Below, piece after piece: positions 40,251-48,672 of a DNA stretch of 64,000 bases. The position numbers and the translations under genes are program-made. The number at the start of each line of letters is the position of its first letter. Positions within the stretch are counted from its first letter, which is position 1. Source of the stretch: Methanobacteriota archaeon (GTDB lineage: Archaea > Halobacteriota > Bog-38 > Methanoflorentales > Methanoflorentaceae); NCBI GenBank assembly GCA_963720465.1, contig OY970393.1, positions 224,001 through 288,000 of the forward strand, in the 5' to 3' direction. Below the pieces are notes generated by a model. The model made no database searches. It saw only the letters and a program-made list of their open reading frames with translations, and was not told where the DNA came from.

Positions 40251-40493
40251 GTGCCTATGAGGGTGTTTTATGCTGCCAAGCCTGCTGAATTTGAAGCAGC
40301 GCTAGTCGAAAAAGGAGTGAGCTTCGAGCACGCGGACGATGACCCCGTGCAGTTTCGCGTTGCGGATAATGACGTAGACGTGGTGGAGAAAATTGCGCGG
40401 CGACTGACGATTTACGTCTACTTGAAAGACGATTATGTTACAAATGCGGCGGCCCTTGGCGATCGTTATAACGATTCGGCCGACCCCAAATAG
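40251..40493 (+). CDS. Hypothetical acidic 80-aa protein
   Basis: Protein-like composition; TATA-like TTTATTAA at about 40196; no recognised family. Confidence 0.6.
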   Translation: MPMRVFYAAKPAEFEAALVEKGVSFEHADDDPVQFRVADNDVDVVEKIARRLTIYVYLKDDYVTNAAALGDRYNDSADPK

Positions 40494-40552
40494 TTCAATT
40501 GAACGATCCTCTTGCGATCGTACCGATCAGGGATAACCGCCGTGAGGCAATA

Positions 40553-40637
40553 TGCGGGGGGTGCGATTCGAACGCACGAACTCCTGCGAGAATAGGCCCT
40601 GAACCTATCGCCTTTGACCTGGCTTGGCAACCCCCGC
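40553..40637 (-). tRNA. tRNA-Leu(CAG)
   Basis: GCGGGGGTTGCCAAGCCAGGTCAAAGGCG-ATAGG-TTCAGGG-CCTAT, long variable arm, GTTCGAATC...CCCCCGCA. Confidence 0.95.
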
Positions 40638-41460
40638 ACTTAAGGCGTCCAACTGTGTGATTTACGGCGCGATATATACGTGTTGCTGCCATCGCCGAGA
40701 ACTCAAAAAAAGCTTTCAACTGGGTGTTTGAGGGCAGCTCAGATACCGCCTCGCTGAGATATTGCCGCAAGCGTTTCTTTGGCTCCTGACAGTATCCAAA
40801 TTGAATGATAATTGCTAGCCCACTTATCAGCGCGATCTTTCTCAAGAACGGCACCGAAGTCCACACTATATCTTTATACGTATTTACATAAAGCAATGCA
40901 TTTGTTTTGTCTGGCAGCTTTGATTAGCCGTTGTCAACGAAGGTAACTTGAGGTTTCATAGTGTTCACTAAAGTTGGTTCATGGCTTGCCGCTGCAGCCG
41001 ACCTAGACAGGGACAGGAGAGACCATTAACGTGAAAGGAATACCTTTCGCTTCAAAAAAGCTTGCCCTGGAGACCGCTTTCGACTTACAGTCCCCTTGTT
41101 GCGATTTTAGCAAGCGCTCGGCGTGAGAGGTACTACACGGCCTCGAAGACTTGAAAATCAAGTGCGTAGTGAACGTGAGCGTCGACCGATTGCTCGCGCT
41201 CCCATTTCTCGGGAGCGACGCTGCAACGAGTTTCCATCGTTTGTAGGCTTGGTCGGCATCTCATAGAAGCGGTAGACGTCTGCGAGCAAGATCATCGTGT
41301 TTGGAAAAAGAATCAGTAGGATCCAGACGGCAGCAATAGCTTTCTTGTGATGTAAAATCAGGTTCACGCTCGGCTTTAAACTGAGCACTGCTATCTTTAT
41401 GTACGATATACTAATTATTAAGACTGTGCCCCCCGATAAGCACGGGGTGCGCAAACAACT

Positions 41461-41990
41461 ATGGAAATTGTGGTTTTGAGAGTGGGTCATCGCATCGATC
41501 GCGATCGACGTGTGACCACGCACGTGGGTCTGTGTGCCAGAGCGTTAGGAGCCCAAGGAATGCTTCTCGCAGCTTCAGACCGCTCTGTCGTTTCTACAAT
41601 ACGCGATGTAGTTCAACGTTGGGGGGGAACTTCTGGATTCGCGATAACGCCAACTGGAGGCGAGAGATCGTAAAATGGAAGCGAGAAACGGGCACGGTGG
41701 TGCACCTGACCATGTACGGAGAGAACCTTCCAAACGCGATCGGCCAACTCGAAAGCGAGAAGCTTATGGTTGTGGTAGGAGCGGAAAAGGTACCTCCAGA
41801 CCTCTACCGACTCGCGGATTATAACGTAGCAGTCACGAATCAACCGCACTCAGAGATAGCAGCCTTAAGCGTCTTTCTCGATCACCTCCAGGGGGGGCAG
41901 GAGCTCAAGGCGGATTTCGAAGGGAAAATGAAGATCATCGGCAACACGAGTAACAAGGTAGGTGTGAAGCGTTCTGAGCAGATCAACTAG
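41461..41990 (+). CDS. trm56: tRNA (cytidine-56-2'-O)-methyltransferase aTrm56 (frameshift at G7 run 41621-41627)
   Basis: Frame A: [21 protein letters not shown]...RWGG; frame B: NFW...VHLTMYG...VGAEKVP...NQPHSE.AAL. Confidence 0.9.
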
Positions 41991-42007
41991 CAGCGCAGGT
42001 CGAAGCG

Positions 42008-43125
42008 GTGGAGACCAGCGGATCCTTGTCATAGGATATAACACAAGGCATATAATTTGCTCTGCGAAGCGAGCAGGATACTATGTCGAGTCCGTAAGCC
42101 ATTACAAAGATCGTGACTTGATCAAATGCGGTGACGTAACGCGTTTCATAAGAGACGAGTTCCCTGGAATAATCTCTGACTCCGACTATGCCGGCGTTAA
42201 AGCGCTCGTGGGGGGCTTGGACTACGACCATGCAATACTAGCCGCAGGTTTTGAGACGCTTGAAATCCCGCGCACGGCTGGAAATCCTCCGTCGCTGTCA
42301 AGCTTCGTTAATGACAAAGGTCGCATGAGAGACAAGCTCCAATCCTTAGGCTATTCAGTCCCTAAGCGTTATAGGTTAGAAGAAAATTTGCCATTTCCCG
42401 TCATTCTGAAACCGAAGCGAGGTGCGGGTGGATTTAAGAACATTCTGGTCAAAGATGAAGAGCATCTCCAGAGGAGCATTGAGCAGTATCATGAGAACGG
42501 ATGGGGAGATGACTTCCTCGTTGAGGAATACGTTCGCGGTATAGATGCTAGCTCTTCGGTGTTGTCTACCGGCACAGAGGCGGTCACCGTCGCAATAAAC
42601 GAACAGCTTATCGGTCTGCGGAGTCTTGGTCCGATGCGGCGCTTCAGCTTCTGTGGTAGTTTGACTCCGCTTAAAACGAGTTATGCGAAGGAAATTGAAA
42701 GAATTTCGAACTCGCTAGCAGTCGATCTGGGCTTGGTCGGTACTAATGGCATTGATTTCATCATCGGTTCAAGCGGTCCGGTCGTAATTGAGATCAATCC
42801 GAGATTTCAAGGAACTCTCGACACGATCGAGGGATCACTTGGAGTCAACCTGGTCGAGGCCCACATTAAAAGCTGCCAGGGCGAACTGATCCCCGTCGCA
42901 AAGTATCGGAGATTCTCGTGCCGCCTGATCTGTTTCGCGGAGCAAGATTTTCAAGTCACGAAAGCGTGCAACCGTGCGCATTACATGGATATCCCCCAAA
43001 AAGGGGCTTATATCGAGCGCGCGAAGCCGATCATCTCGGCTATCGGATATGGCAAGTCGAGAGATTCTGCGTTCAACACCGCCGCGTGTTACATAGAAGC
43101 TGCAAAAAAGGCCTACCAGAGCTGA
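42008..43125 (+). CDS. ATP-grasp superfamily ligase (COG2232-like); start uncertain
   Basis: In-frame RILVIGYNTRHIICSAKRAGY upstream of the ORF-track start; KP..GAGG, EEYV.G..AS, NEQL, GIDF, EINPRFQG. Confidence 0.82.
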
Positions 43126-43202
43126 GTCGTGCCATGGTGGCCCCCTCGTGCACGAATACACATCATAAGTAGGTATAAGATACTTTAACGCACAAAAATA
43201 AT

Positions 43203-43700
43203 GTGATGGTTAACGATGTTGCCGTTCAAGGCTATTTGAAGAATCTTGTCGGAGATGACGGCTTGGAAATGATTGAGCGTGCGTCCATTGACGAATTGAC
43301 CGACGAAAAAATAGCTGAAGAAACGGGTTCGAACCTTAATACGGTAAGGCGGACTCTGTATATCCTTTATGAAAACCGACTAGCAAACTATCGACGTGAG
43401 CGGGACAAGGACAGTGGGTGGCTCACGTACTTGTGGAAAGTTGATTTGAGCGACATTTCGCGCAATATGGACGAAGAGGCACAGAAGCTTATTAGGAGAC
43501 TTGATACGCGTTTAGACTTTGAAAGACAGAACGTTTGCTATACGTGCGAAAACGGGTGTGGTCGTTTTCTATTTGAGACAGCAAGCGACTATGATTTTGT
43601 CTGCCCCGTCTGCCACGCGGGACTTGATTATCAAGATAGTTCTGTTTTAGTCGATGCGGTGGGAATAAAGCTGGAAGAGCTGAGACGTGCCTTCGAGTAG
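43203..43700 (+). CDS. tfe: Transcription factor E (TFE alpha)
   Basis: TDEKIAE, LNTVRRTLY.L, RD..SGW.TY.W, Zn ribbon C..C / CPVC. Confidence 0.94.
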   Translation: MMVNDVAVQGYLKNLVGDDGLEMIERASIDELTDEKIAEETGSNLNTVRRTLYILYENRLANYRRERDKDSGWLTYLWKVDLSDISRNMDEEAQKLIRRLDTRLDFERQNVCYTCENGCGRFLFETASDYDFVCPVCHAGLDYQDSSVLVDAVGIKLEELRRAFE

Positions 43701-44232
43701 TCTCCCCTCGTACGACAGAGCGCTTCAGCTTCTCAAGGAAAGCGGCTGCAGCGACGGACTCAAACAACACGTAGAGGCTGTCTCTAAATACGCGGTCGAA
43801 GTTGCCGAATCTCTAGCGGATGTTGATGTGGCGCTTGTCCAAATTGGTGCGCTTTTGCATGACATCGGCAGATGCAAGACCCACGGCATTGAGCACGGCA
43901 TTGTAGGCGGAAAACTGTTGCGGAGCTTCGGAGTCGACGAACGCGTCGCGAAGATCGCTGAAAGACACGTCGGTGCTGGAATAACAGAGAAAGAAGCTGT
44001 ACGCTTGCGTCTCCCCCTTGGAAACTACATCCCAGAGACCCTCGAGGAAAAAATCGTCGCCGCCGCCGACAACCTCATAGAAGGAACGCGGAGAGTCACC
44101 ATTGACAAGGCAGAAGCTGATTTCCACGCTAAGCTCAACGGAAATCCAGCTGCAATTCGCATAAGAAGTCTTCACGACGAAGTTTTTGGCAGCGCCAAAC
44201 GGTCTGTCCCCGCAACGCGTGCGAAGCAGTGA
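43687..44232 (+). CDS. HD-domain protein (TIGR00295-like)
   Basis: H...V, GALLHDIGR, HG..GG, ERHVGAG, PETLEEKIV..AD. Confidence 0.88.
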   Translation: MPSSSLPSYDRALQLLKESGCSDGLKQHVEAVSKYAVEVAESLADVDVALVQIGALLHDIGRCKTHGIEHGIVGGKLLRSFGVDERVAKIAERHVGAGITEKEAVRLRLPLGNYIPETLEEKIVAAADNLIEGTRRVTIDKAEADFHAKLNGNPAAIRIRSLHDEVFGSAKRSVPATRAKQ

Positions 44233-44915
44233 AGATGAGAACGATTCATCTTATGCAGCTCGTCTGCGGTAACGCAGATAAGGCAGCCCGATCGTTCGAG
44301 GCGATGCTGCGCAACGACCTAAGTGGATTGCGCATCAAATACTCGCTCACGCTTACCTCGTGGATCTCGGTGACTATCACCGGGAGTGAAGAACAGGTTG
44401 CCGAAGATTTATTGGTGAGGCAATACGGCGAGTTGCGCGACCCCCGACCGGGCGACATCGCGCGTGCTTGGGTGGCGGGGATCAACGATGATGGCATTGC
44501 CCTTGACACGGGCTGCAAACGTGTTTTGGTGCCTTGTGTCCGGCTTGAACCGTTCGGGCGTGGCACTGTTGAACAGATCGCCTCCAGATTCGGCTTGATT
44601 CATTGTTTGCCCCTGCAGGTCCGGCTAGTAGGAGAATTTGATGCAGAGTTTACGAAAAAGCAAATCGACGCTTTGTGGCGGTGGAGAAAAGGGACCGACC
44701 GGATAAATGTCAACAATGCTACCCGCGCGCAGGTCCACGCTGCTCTGAAACGGAGTGGCCACGCACGAGATGTCTACGCGATCGAAAGGCTCGGCATTTT
44801 GGAGCACTCTATCGTCTGTAAGCAAGGGACTGATGCACCAGGCTTGGTCCCGCAAATCGGCCCTTACTTGGAATCAGAGCTGGCATGTGTCAGAGGCGCC
44901 CGAAACGCTCGCTAG
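44229..44915 (+). CDS. DUF2110-like conserved archaeal protein
   Basis: L.NDL..L, FGL...LP, L.R.GH.RD...IERLG.LEH.IVCK.GTDAPG; conserved position after tfe-HD. Confidence 0.75.
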   Translation: MKMRTIHLMQLVCGNADKAARSFEAMLRNDLSGLRIKYSLTLTSWISVTITGSEEQVAEDLLVRQYGELRDPRPGDIARAWVAGINDDGIALDTGCKRVLVPCVRLEPFGRGTVEQIASRFGLIHCLPLQVRLVGEFDAEFTKKQIDALWRWRKGTDRINVNNATRAQVHAALKRSGHARDVYAIERLGILEHSIVCKQGTDAPGLVPQIGPYLESELACVRGARNAR

Positions 44916-44957
44916 CCGCCTCTGTGACCTCCTCAGCCATTCGAAAGAGCGCCTATT

Positions 44958-45461
44958 TTAGAAGACCGAAACGCCTTTGACGCTTGCAAGTTGCAGGAGC
45001 TTGTCAACAAGCGAACCGGGAACGCGCGTGTCGCAGATAATCGTCAGCTTGGGTTCATCAATAAAGTAAGGATCATCAGTCACGGCCTGTCTGATGCGCA
45101 CATCAAACGCTGTAACAGTCTCTGCAACTTCTTCGATGATGCCTATCTGCGTAGCATCTTGAGGCGTTATGACGATTACGCCAAGTCCCAGAAGAGGCGC
45201 AACGTCGCGGAGGAATATCAACGTTTTCACGTTTGAAAAAAAGCGCTTGAGCATGTCGTCGCCTAGAATAGTGGCAGTTGCCTCGTCGACCGCCCTCCGA
45301 TCGACTTTGGCCGCGCGCGAGATCTCGGTGTCAGGGATCCTAATGGTGCCCGAGATAACCTCCCCCGTGCTGTTCACTTGGAATCCGTGCTCAAGCAAAA
45401 CCTCTGCAACCCGCTCTTGAGCGGGAAACTTGGCAAACCTTGCGAGCACTTCACTCCACAT
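44958..45461 (-). CDS. ACT-domain regulator of amino acid metabolism (COG2150-like)
   Basis: MW....F..FP.Q..VA..L...G, VDRRAV, LGLGVI.I, IRQAV.DDP. Confidence 0.8.
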   Translation of the reverse strand: MWSEVLARFAKFPAQERVAEVLLEHGFQVNSTGEVISGTIRIPDTEISRAAKVDRRAVDEATATILGDDMLKRFFSNVKTLIFLRDVAPLLGLGVIVITPQDATQIGIIEEVAETVTAFDVRIRQAVTDDPYFIDEPKLTIICDTRVPGSLVDKLLQLASVKGVSVF

Positions 45462-45532
45462 AAGAAGCAACTTTGTAAAGCTTTTTAGCTTGTACTCTAA
45501 TGGATGATACATACAAGAAGCTTGTGCACACC

Positions 45533-46222
45533 ATGCGGCTGGACACGTATCTCGTTCGGGAAAAGCTTATTGCATCGCGCTCACGCGCACAAAGGGCGAT
45601 CAAAAGTGGGTTTGTTACAGTCGACGGAAGGACTGTCGTGAAGGCTTCGTTTGACATCACGCGTCGCCAGTTGGTTACCGTTGGCGCTGCCGCGGACAAC
45701 CCTGCTGGGTATTGGAAACTAAGAGGAATCCAAGAGGCGTTTGAGCTGATAAAAACTGGTGACGCTGTACTCGACATTGGTGCGAGCGCGGGAGGCTTCT
45801 TGTCGTACGCGGCGGAACTAGCGCACGAAGTCTACGCGGTCGAGTTCAGTTCGTCATGCAAGCCATTTCTTGAGGCGGTCGCAGGAAGGTATCCCGGCCA
45901 GGTAACTATCATTTACGCTGACGCATTTTCTTTTGATTTTGGCCGTCTTGGGGTACTTTTTGACGTTCTGCTGAACGATATAACAGTGGAACCAACCGAT
46001 GCACTTAAGCTTCTCGCAAGGTTGTCAGCGGTTCTCAAAACGGGAGGGCTAGTCTTGCAGGTTTTTAAAGGGAAAGTAGCCGAACAAGCATTAGGAGGTC
46101 TTACGAAGCGCATCGAGGATGAAGGCTTCAAAATCGTTAAGCTGTTTAGCGCGCAAAAAGACGAGCTTTACGTCATCGCTCAAAAGAAGAGGGATGATCG
46201 AGACGCCGAGGAAGGGATTTGA
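45533..46222 (+). CDS. S4-domain/FtsJ-type RNA methyltransferase (TlyA-like)
   Basis: MRLD.YL...SRSRA...I..G.V.VDG (S4); GY.KL, LDIGASAGGF. Confidence 0.82.
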   Translation: MRLDTYLVREKLIASRSRAQRAIKSGFVTVDGRTVVKASFDITRRQLVTVGAAADNPAGYWKLRGIQEAFELIKTGDAVLDIGASAGGFLSYAAELAHEVYAVEFSSSCKPFLEAVAGRYPGQVTIIYADAFSFDFGRLGVLFDVLLNDITVEPTDALKLLARLSAVLKTGGLVLQVFKGKVAEQALGGLTKRIEDEGFKIVKLFSAQKDELYVIAQKKRDDRDAEEGI

Positions 46223-46304
46223 ACCCCTGCGAGGCAGAAGCCTCACCAGCTGTCCGATCACGAGACCTCCAGGCTGGCGCCGTAGTCCACTTGGCTACCT
46301 CGGC
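46204..46304 (-). tRNA. tRNA-Ser(GGA) with 15-nt intron at 37/38 (46252-46266)
   Basis: GCCGAGGTAGCCAAGTGG...CCAGC-CT-GGA-G[GTCTCGTGATCGGAC]A-GCTGG, long variable arm, GTTCAAATC...CCTCGGCG; BHB can be drawn. Confidence 0.92.
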
Positions 46305-46312
46305 ACGTCAGA

Positions 46313-46384
46313 TGCGCCAGCCGGGATTCGAACCCGGGTTTGAGGCTTGGCAAGCCTCAGTGATAACCACTACACTACCAGCGC
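46313..46384 (-). tRNA. tRNA-Gly(GCC)
   Basis: GCGCTGGTAGTGTAGTGG...GAGGC-TTGCCAA-GCCTC...GTTCGAATC; 8 nt upstream of tRNA-Ser. Confidence 0.95.
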
Positions 46385-46492
46385 AAAAATCGAGCATGCG
46401 ATCATGCGTTGGTATCTATATAAAAGTTATCAGCGCGACAGCAAGGCATTTCGCGCTGGTTTAGCGAAGGAGAGCTCACGATTACTGCGAGG

Positions 46493-46735
46493 TCAGCTTA
46501 AGTAACTTACGCCTTCGAGCTTGAATTTTAGCTTGTAAACAAGGGCTTCAATTTCGAAGATGGACGTGAGCGTGTCATCATAGGCGATGACGACAGTCGC
46601 GTTGTTAACGTTGATCTCCACGTTAGCGACCCCGTGCTTATTTGAAAATGCGTTGCTTAGCGCGTCGGCATTCGTCTGCTCGCTGAGTTCTGCGATTTTG
46701 AGCCGTATTATCTTCAGGTGTTCTATGCGAGTCAA
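46493..46735 (-). CDS. HMA/CopZ-fold small protein lacking the CxxC motif
   Basis: LKI....., GV.NVEINV....V.I.YD....S...IE..V.KL.F pattern of HMA domains; no Cys. Confidence 0.6.
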   Translation of the reverse strand: MTRIEHLKIIRLKIAELSEQTNADALSNAFSNKHGVANVEINVNNATVVIAYDDTLTSIFEIEALVYKLKFKLEGVSYLS

Positions 46736-46899
46736 AGAACCACGTTATTTACAACTTATTCATCATTTATAAAACGCGCACCGACGCTGCTTGCGCGGCT
46801 CCTCTTATTCCGCTTTTGTTTGCTCCTGCTTTGTTCGGGGGTCATCGCGTAGCGCGTCGCGATCGCAAAGTATAAGCTGAAAATTCGTAGAGAAAGCCT

Positions 46900-47571
46900 A
46901 TGGAATATCAAATCTTCTACAAACCCACCTACAGCCTCGCAGAAGTCAAACTGTCAGATGGCGAAAGCATTCAAGCTGACCGGCGATCTATGGCCTACAT
47001 GAGTCCGAATTTTAACGTGAGCACCGGAATCAAGGGAGGGGTCCTCCGTGGGCTTAAGAGAACCGTGCTCGGCGGTGCTGACATTTTTCTGAACACGTTC
47101 GTAGCGCAGGGCGACGCGGTCGTCGGCCTCGCTCCCCCTTACGTCGGCGATATTGCGTACAGAGAGATAAGGGATGAGACGCTTCTTGTTCAAGGAGACT
47201 GTTTCTTAGCGGGCTCGCAAAGCTTAGATTTAGATACGAAGTGGGGCGGCGTCAAAGGGTTCTTGTCGGAGACGGGGCTCTTTTTCGTGAAAGTCTCTCA
47301 GTCCGGGTACGTGTTTATTTCAAGTTTTGGGGCCATTCAAGAGCGAAGAATCGACGGACGGTTTCGCGTCGATACCGGGCACATTGTTGGATTCACTGAA
47401 GGCCTCGAATGGAAAATTGGGACTTTTGGAGGTGTTAAATCGACTGTTCTTGGTGGTGAGGTACTGGTTACCGAATTTAACGGAGAAGGGACTGTCTATA
47501 TACAAAGCCGGAGTGAAAAGATGTTTGTTGACTGGTTGACGCCGTTGCTGCCGGAGCAAGAGAAAAAGTGA
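46900..47571 (+). CDS. AIM24 / TIGR00266 family protein
   Basis: LKR.VLGG..F.NTF, LAPP..GDI, SFGAI, VDTGH.V.F, F.G.G.V..QSR. Confidence 0.9.
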   Translation: MEYQIFYKPTYSLAEVKLSDGESIQADRRSMAYMSPNFNVSTGIKGGVLRGLKRTVLGGADIFLNTFVAQGDAVVGLAPPYVGDIAYREIRDETLLVQGDCFLAGSQSLDLDTKWGGVKGFLSETGLFFVKVSQSGYVFISSFGAIQERRIDGRFRVDTGHIVGFTEGLEWKIGTFGGVKSTVLGGEVLVTEFNGEGTVYIQSRSEKMFVDWLTPLLPEQEKK

Positions 47572-48020
47572 AGGCCACTTATCTCCGCTAATTGTTTTGA
47601 AATGTCTCAACCCTATTCGCCTGCGCATCGGCGCTCACGGTCAAGACACGTCGCGCAGTAGAATGCCCCCACAGCCCTCGGCTCGTCCGCATCCGATGCC
47701 CGAGGCGGCGTACGGGAAGGAGGGCGATCGGCCTCTTGAGGTGCATCAGGGCGCCCCCGTCAGCCGGGCGATCGCGTCGATGATCATACGATCTGGAATG
47801 TCGCTACCGGCGTAAAACGGTGCCGATCCGTTCATCGGCGGGTGTCAGTATAGGGGGCAAAAACCGGAATTTTTTCGGGTTTGGTACCGGTCGGCCTCGA
47901 GAGTGATCAGCCTTCAGAAGGCCGATATACGCGTCTGCCCAGCCTCCGGTCACGTCGATGAGCCCCGAAAATGGAAGCATCCGGCCCCGGCTGCGGTGGC
48001 TTTTGACAAGAAATGTAGAG

Positions 48021-48094
48021 TGCCCCAGCCCGGATTTGAACCGGGGACAACCAGATCTTCAGTCTGGCGCTCTCCCAGGCTGAGCTACTGGAGC
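48021..48094 (-). tRNA. tRNA-Phe(GAA)
   Basis: GCTCCAGTAGCTCAGCCTGGGAGAGCG-CCAGA-CTGAAGA-TCTGG...GTTCAAATC...CTGGGGCA. Confidence 0.95.
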
Positions 48095-48110
48095 GTCACT
48101 TGCGGGTGAA

Positions 48111-48184
48111 TCCCGCCTCCCCGATTTGAACGGGGGACATGTCGGTCTACAGCCGACCACTCTGCCAGACTGAGTTAAGGCGGG
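48111..48184 (-). tRNA. tRNA-Tyr(GTA), intronless
   Basis: CCCGCCTTAACTCAG...GTCGG-CTGTAGA-CCGAC...GTTCAAATC...AGGCGGGA; archaeal C1-G72 pair. Confidence 0.95.
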
Positions 48185-48380
48185 TGACGACAGTATTGCG
48201 ATCGTTATTACTTATTATTTACTGTGTTCAGTGAGCGACGTTATAGTTTCAGAGTGGTTCTGATTCTGGTTTCGGGGCGTTTGAGAGCGTTATGGTGCAC
48301 GGCTTAGTTTAATAGATTTATACATTTTTTTTATAAAAAAGCGATAGCAAAAGTTTAATATTGCAGTAGGGTAATTCACA

Positions 48381-48464
48381 GTCAGACGAAAAACAGACAT
48401 GCGTCTGACACTAGACAGCTTTTTGTAGCCTCTGAAGCAGACAGAAGTCAGCTGTTCGTCTGAC
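48381..48464. promoter_or_regulatory. Cluster of (GT)CAGAC/GTCTGAC motifs upstream of cdrS, putative RHH operator array
   Basis: GTCAGAC 48381, CAGACA 48394, GTCTGAC 48403, TAGACA 48412, CAGACA 48438, GTCAG 48447, GTCTGAC 48458. Confidence 0.5.
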
Positions 48465-48490
48465 ACACTACGAAAATTCAGATGGTTGCT

Positions 48491-48667
48491 ATGGAGCGAA
48501 TCACCCTGAGATTGCCGAAACAACAGCTAGAACTCATAGATAAACTGGTAGTAGCAGGCGAATTCCCCTCGAAGAGCGAAGCAATTCGTGCAGCTGTTCG
48601 AGATCTGGTTGATACCCATTATGAGAAGCTCCTCAGCAGAAAAGAACGAAGTGCGGTTTTGATCTAG
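48491..48667 (+). CDS. cdrS: Ribbon-helix-helix regulator CdrS
   Basis: [12 protein letters not shown]...[17 protein letters not shown]; directly upstream of ftsZ. Confidence 0.88.
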   Translation: MERITLRLPKQQLELIDKLVVAGEFPSKSEAIRAAVRDLVDTHYEKLLSRKERSAVLI

Positions 48668-48672
48668 TACAG

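Noticed and set aside
40495-40896. 133-aa ORF as an intact gene
   Set aside because: It runs through tRNA-Leu on the same strand; only its 5' part may be a pseudogene fragment.
46119-46464. ORFs 46119-46343 and 46219-46464 (also 47903-48109)
   Set aside because: They are antisense translations of tRNA genes.
47640-48020. RNase P RNA or SRP RNA
   Set aside because: GAGGAAAGUCC/ACAGAA and SRP helix-8 (GGAAG-GAGCAG) motifs were not found on either strand by eye.
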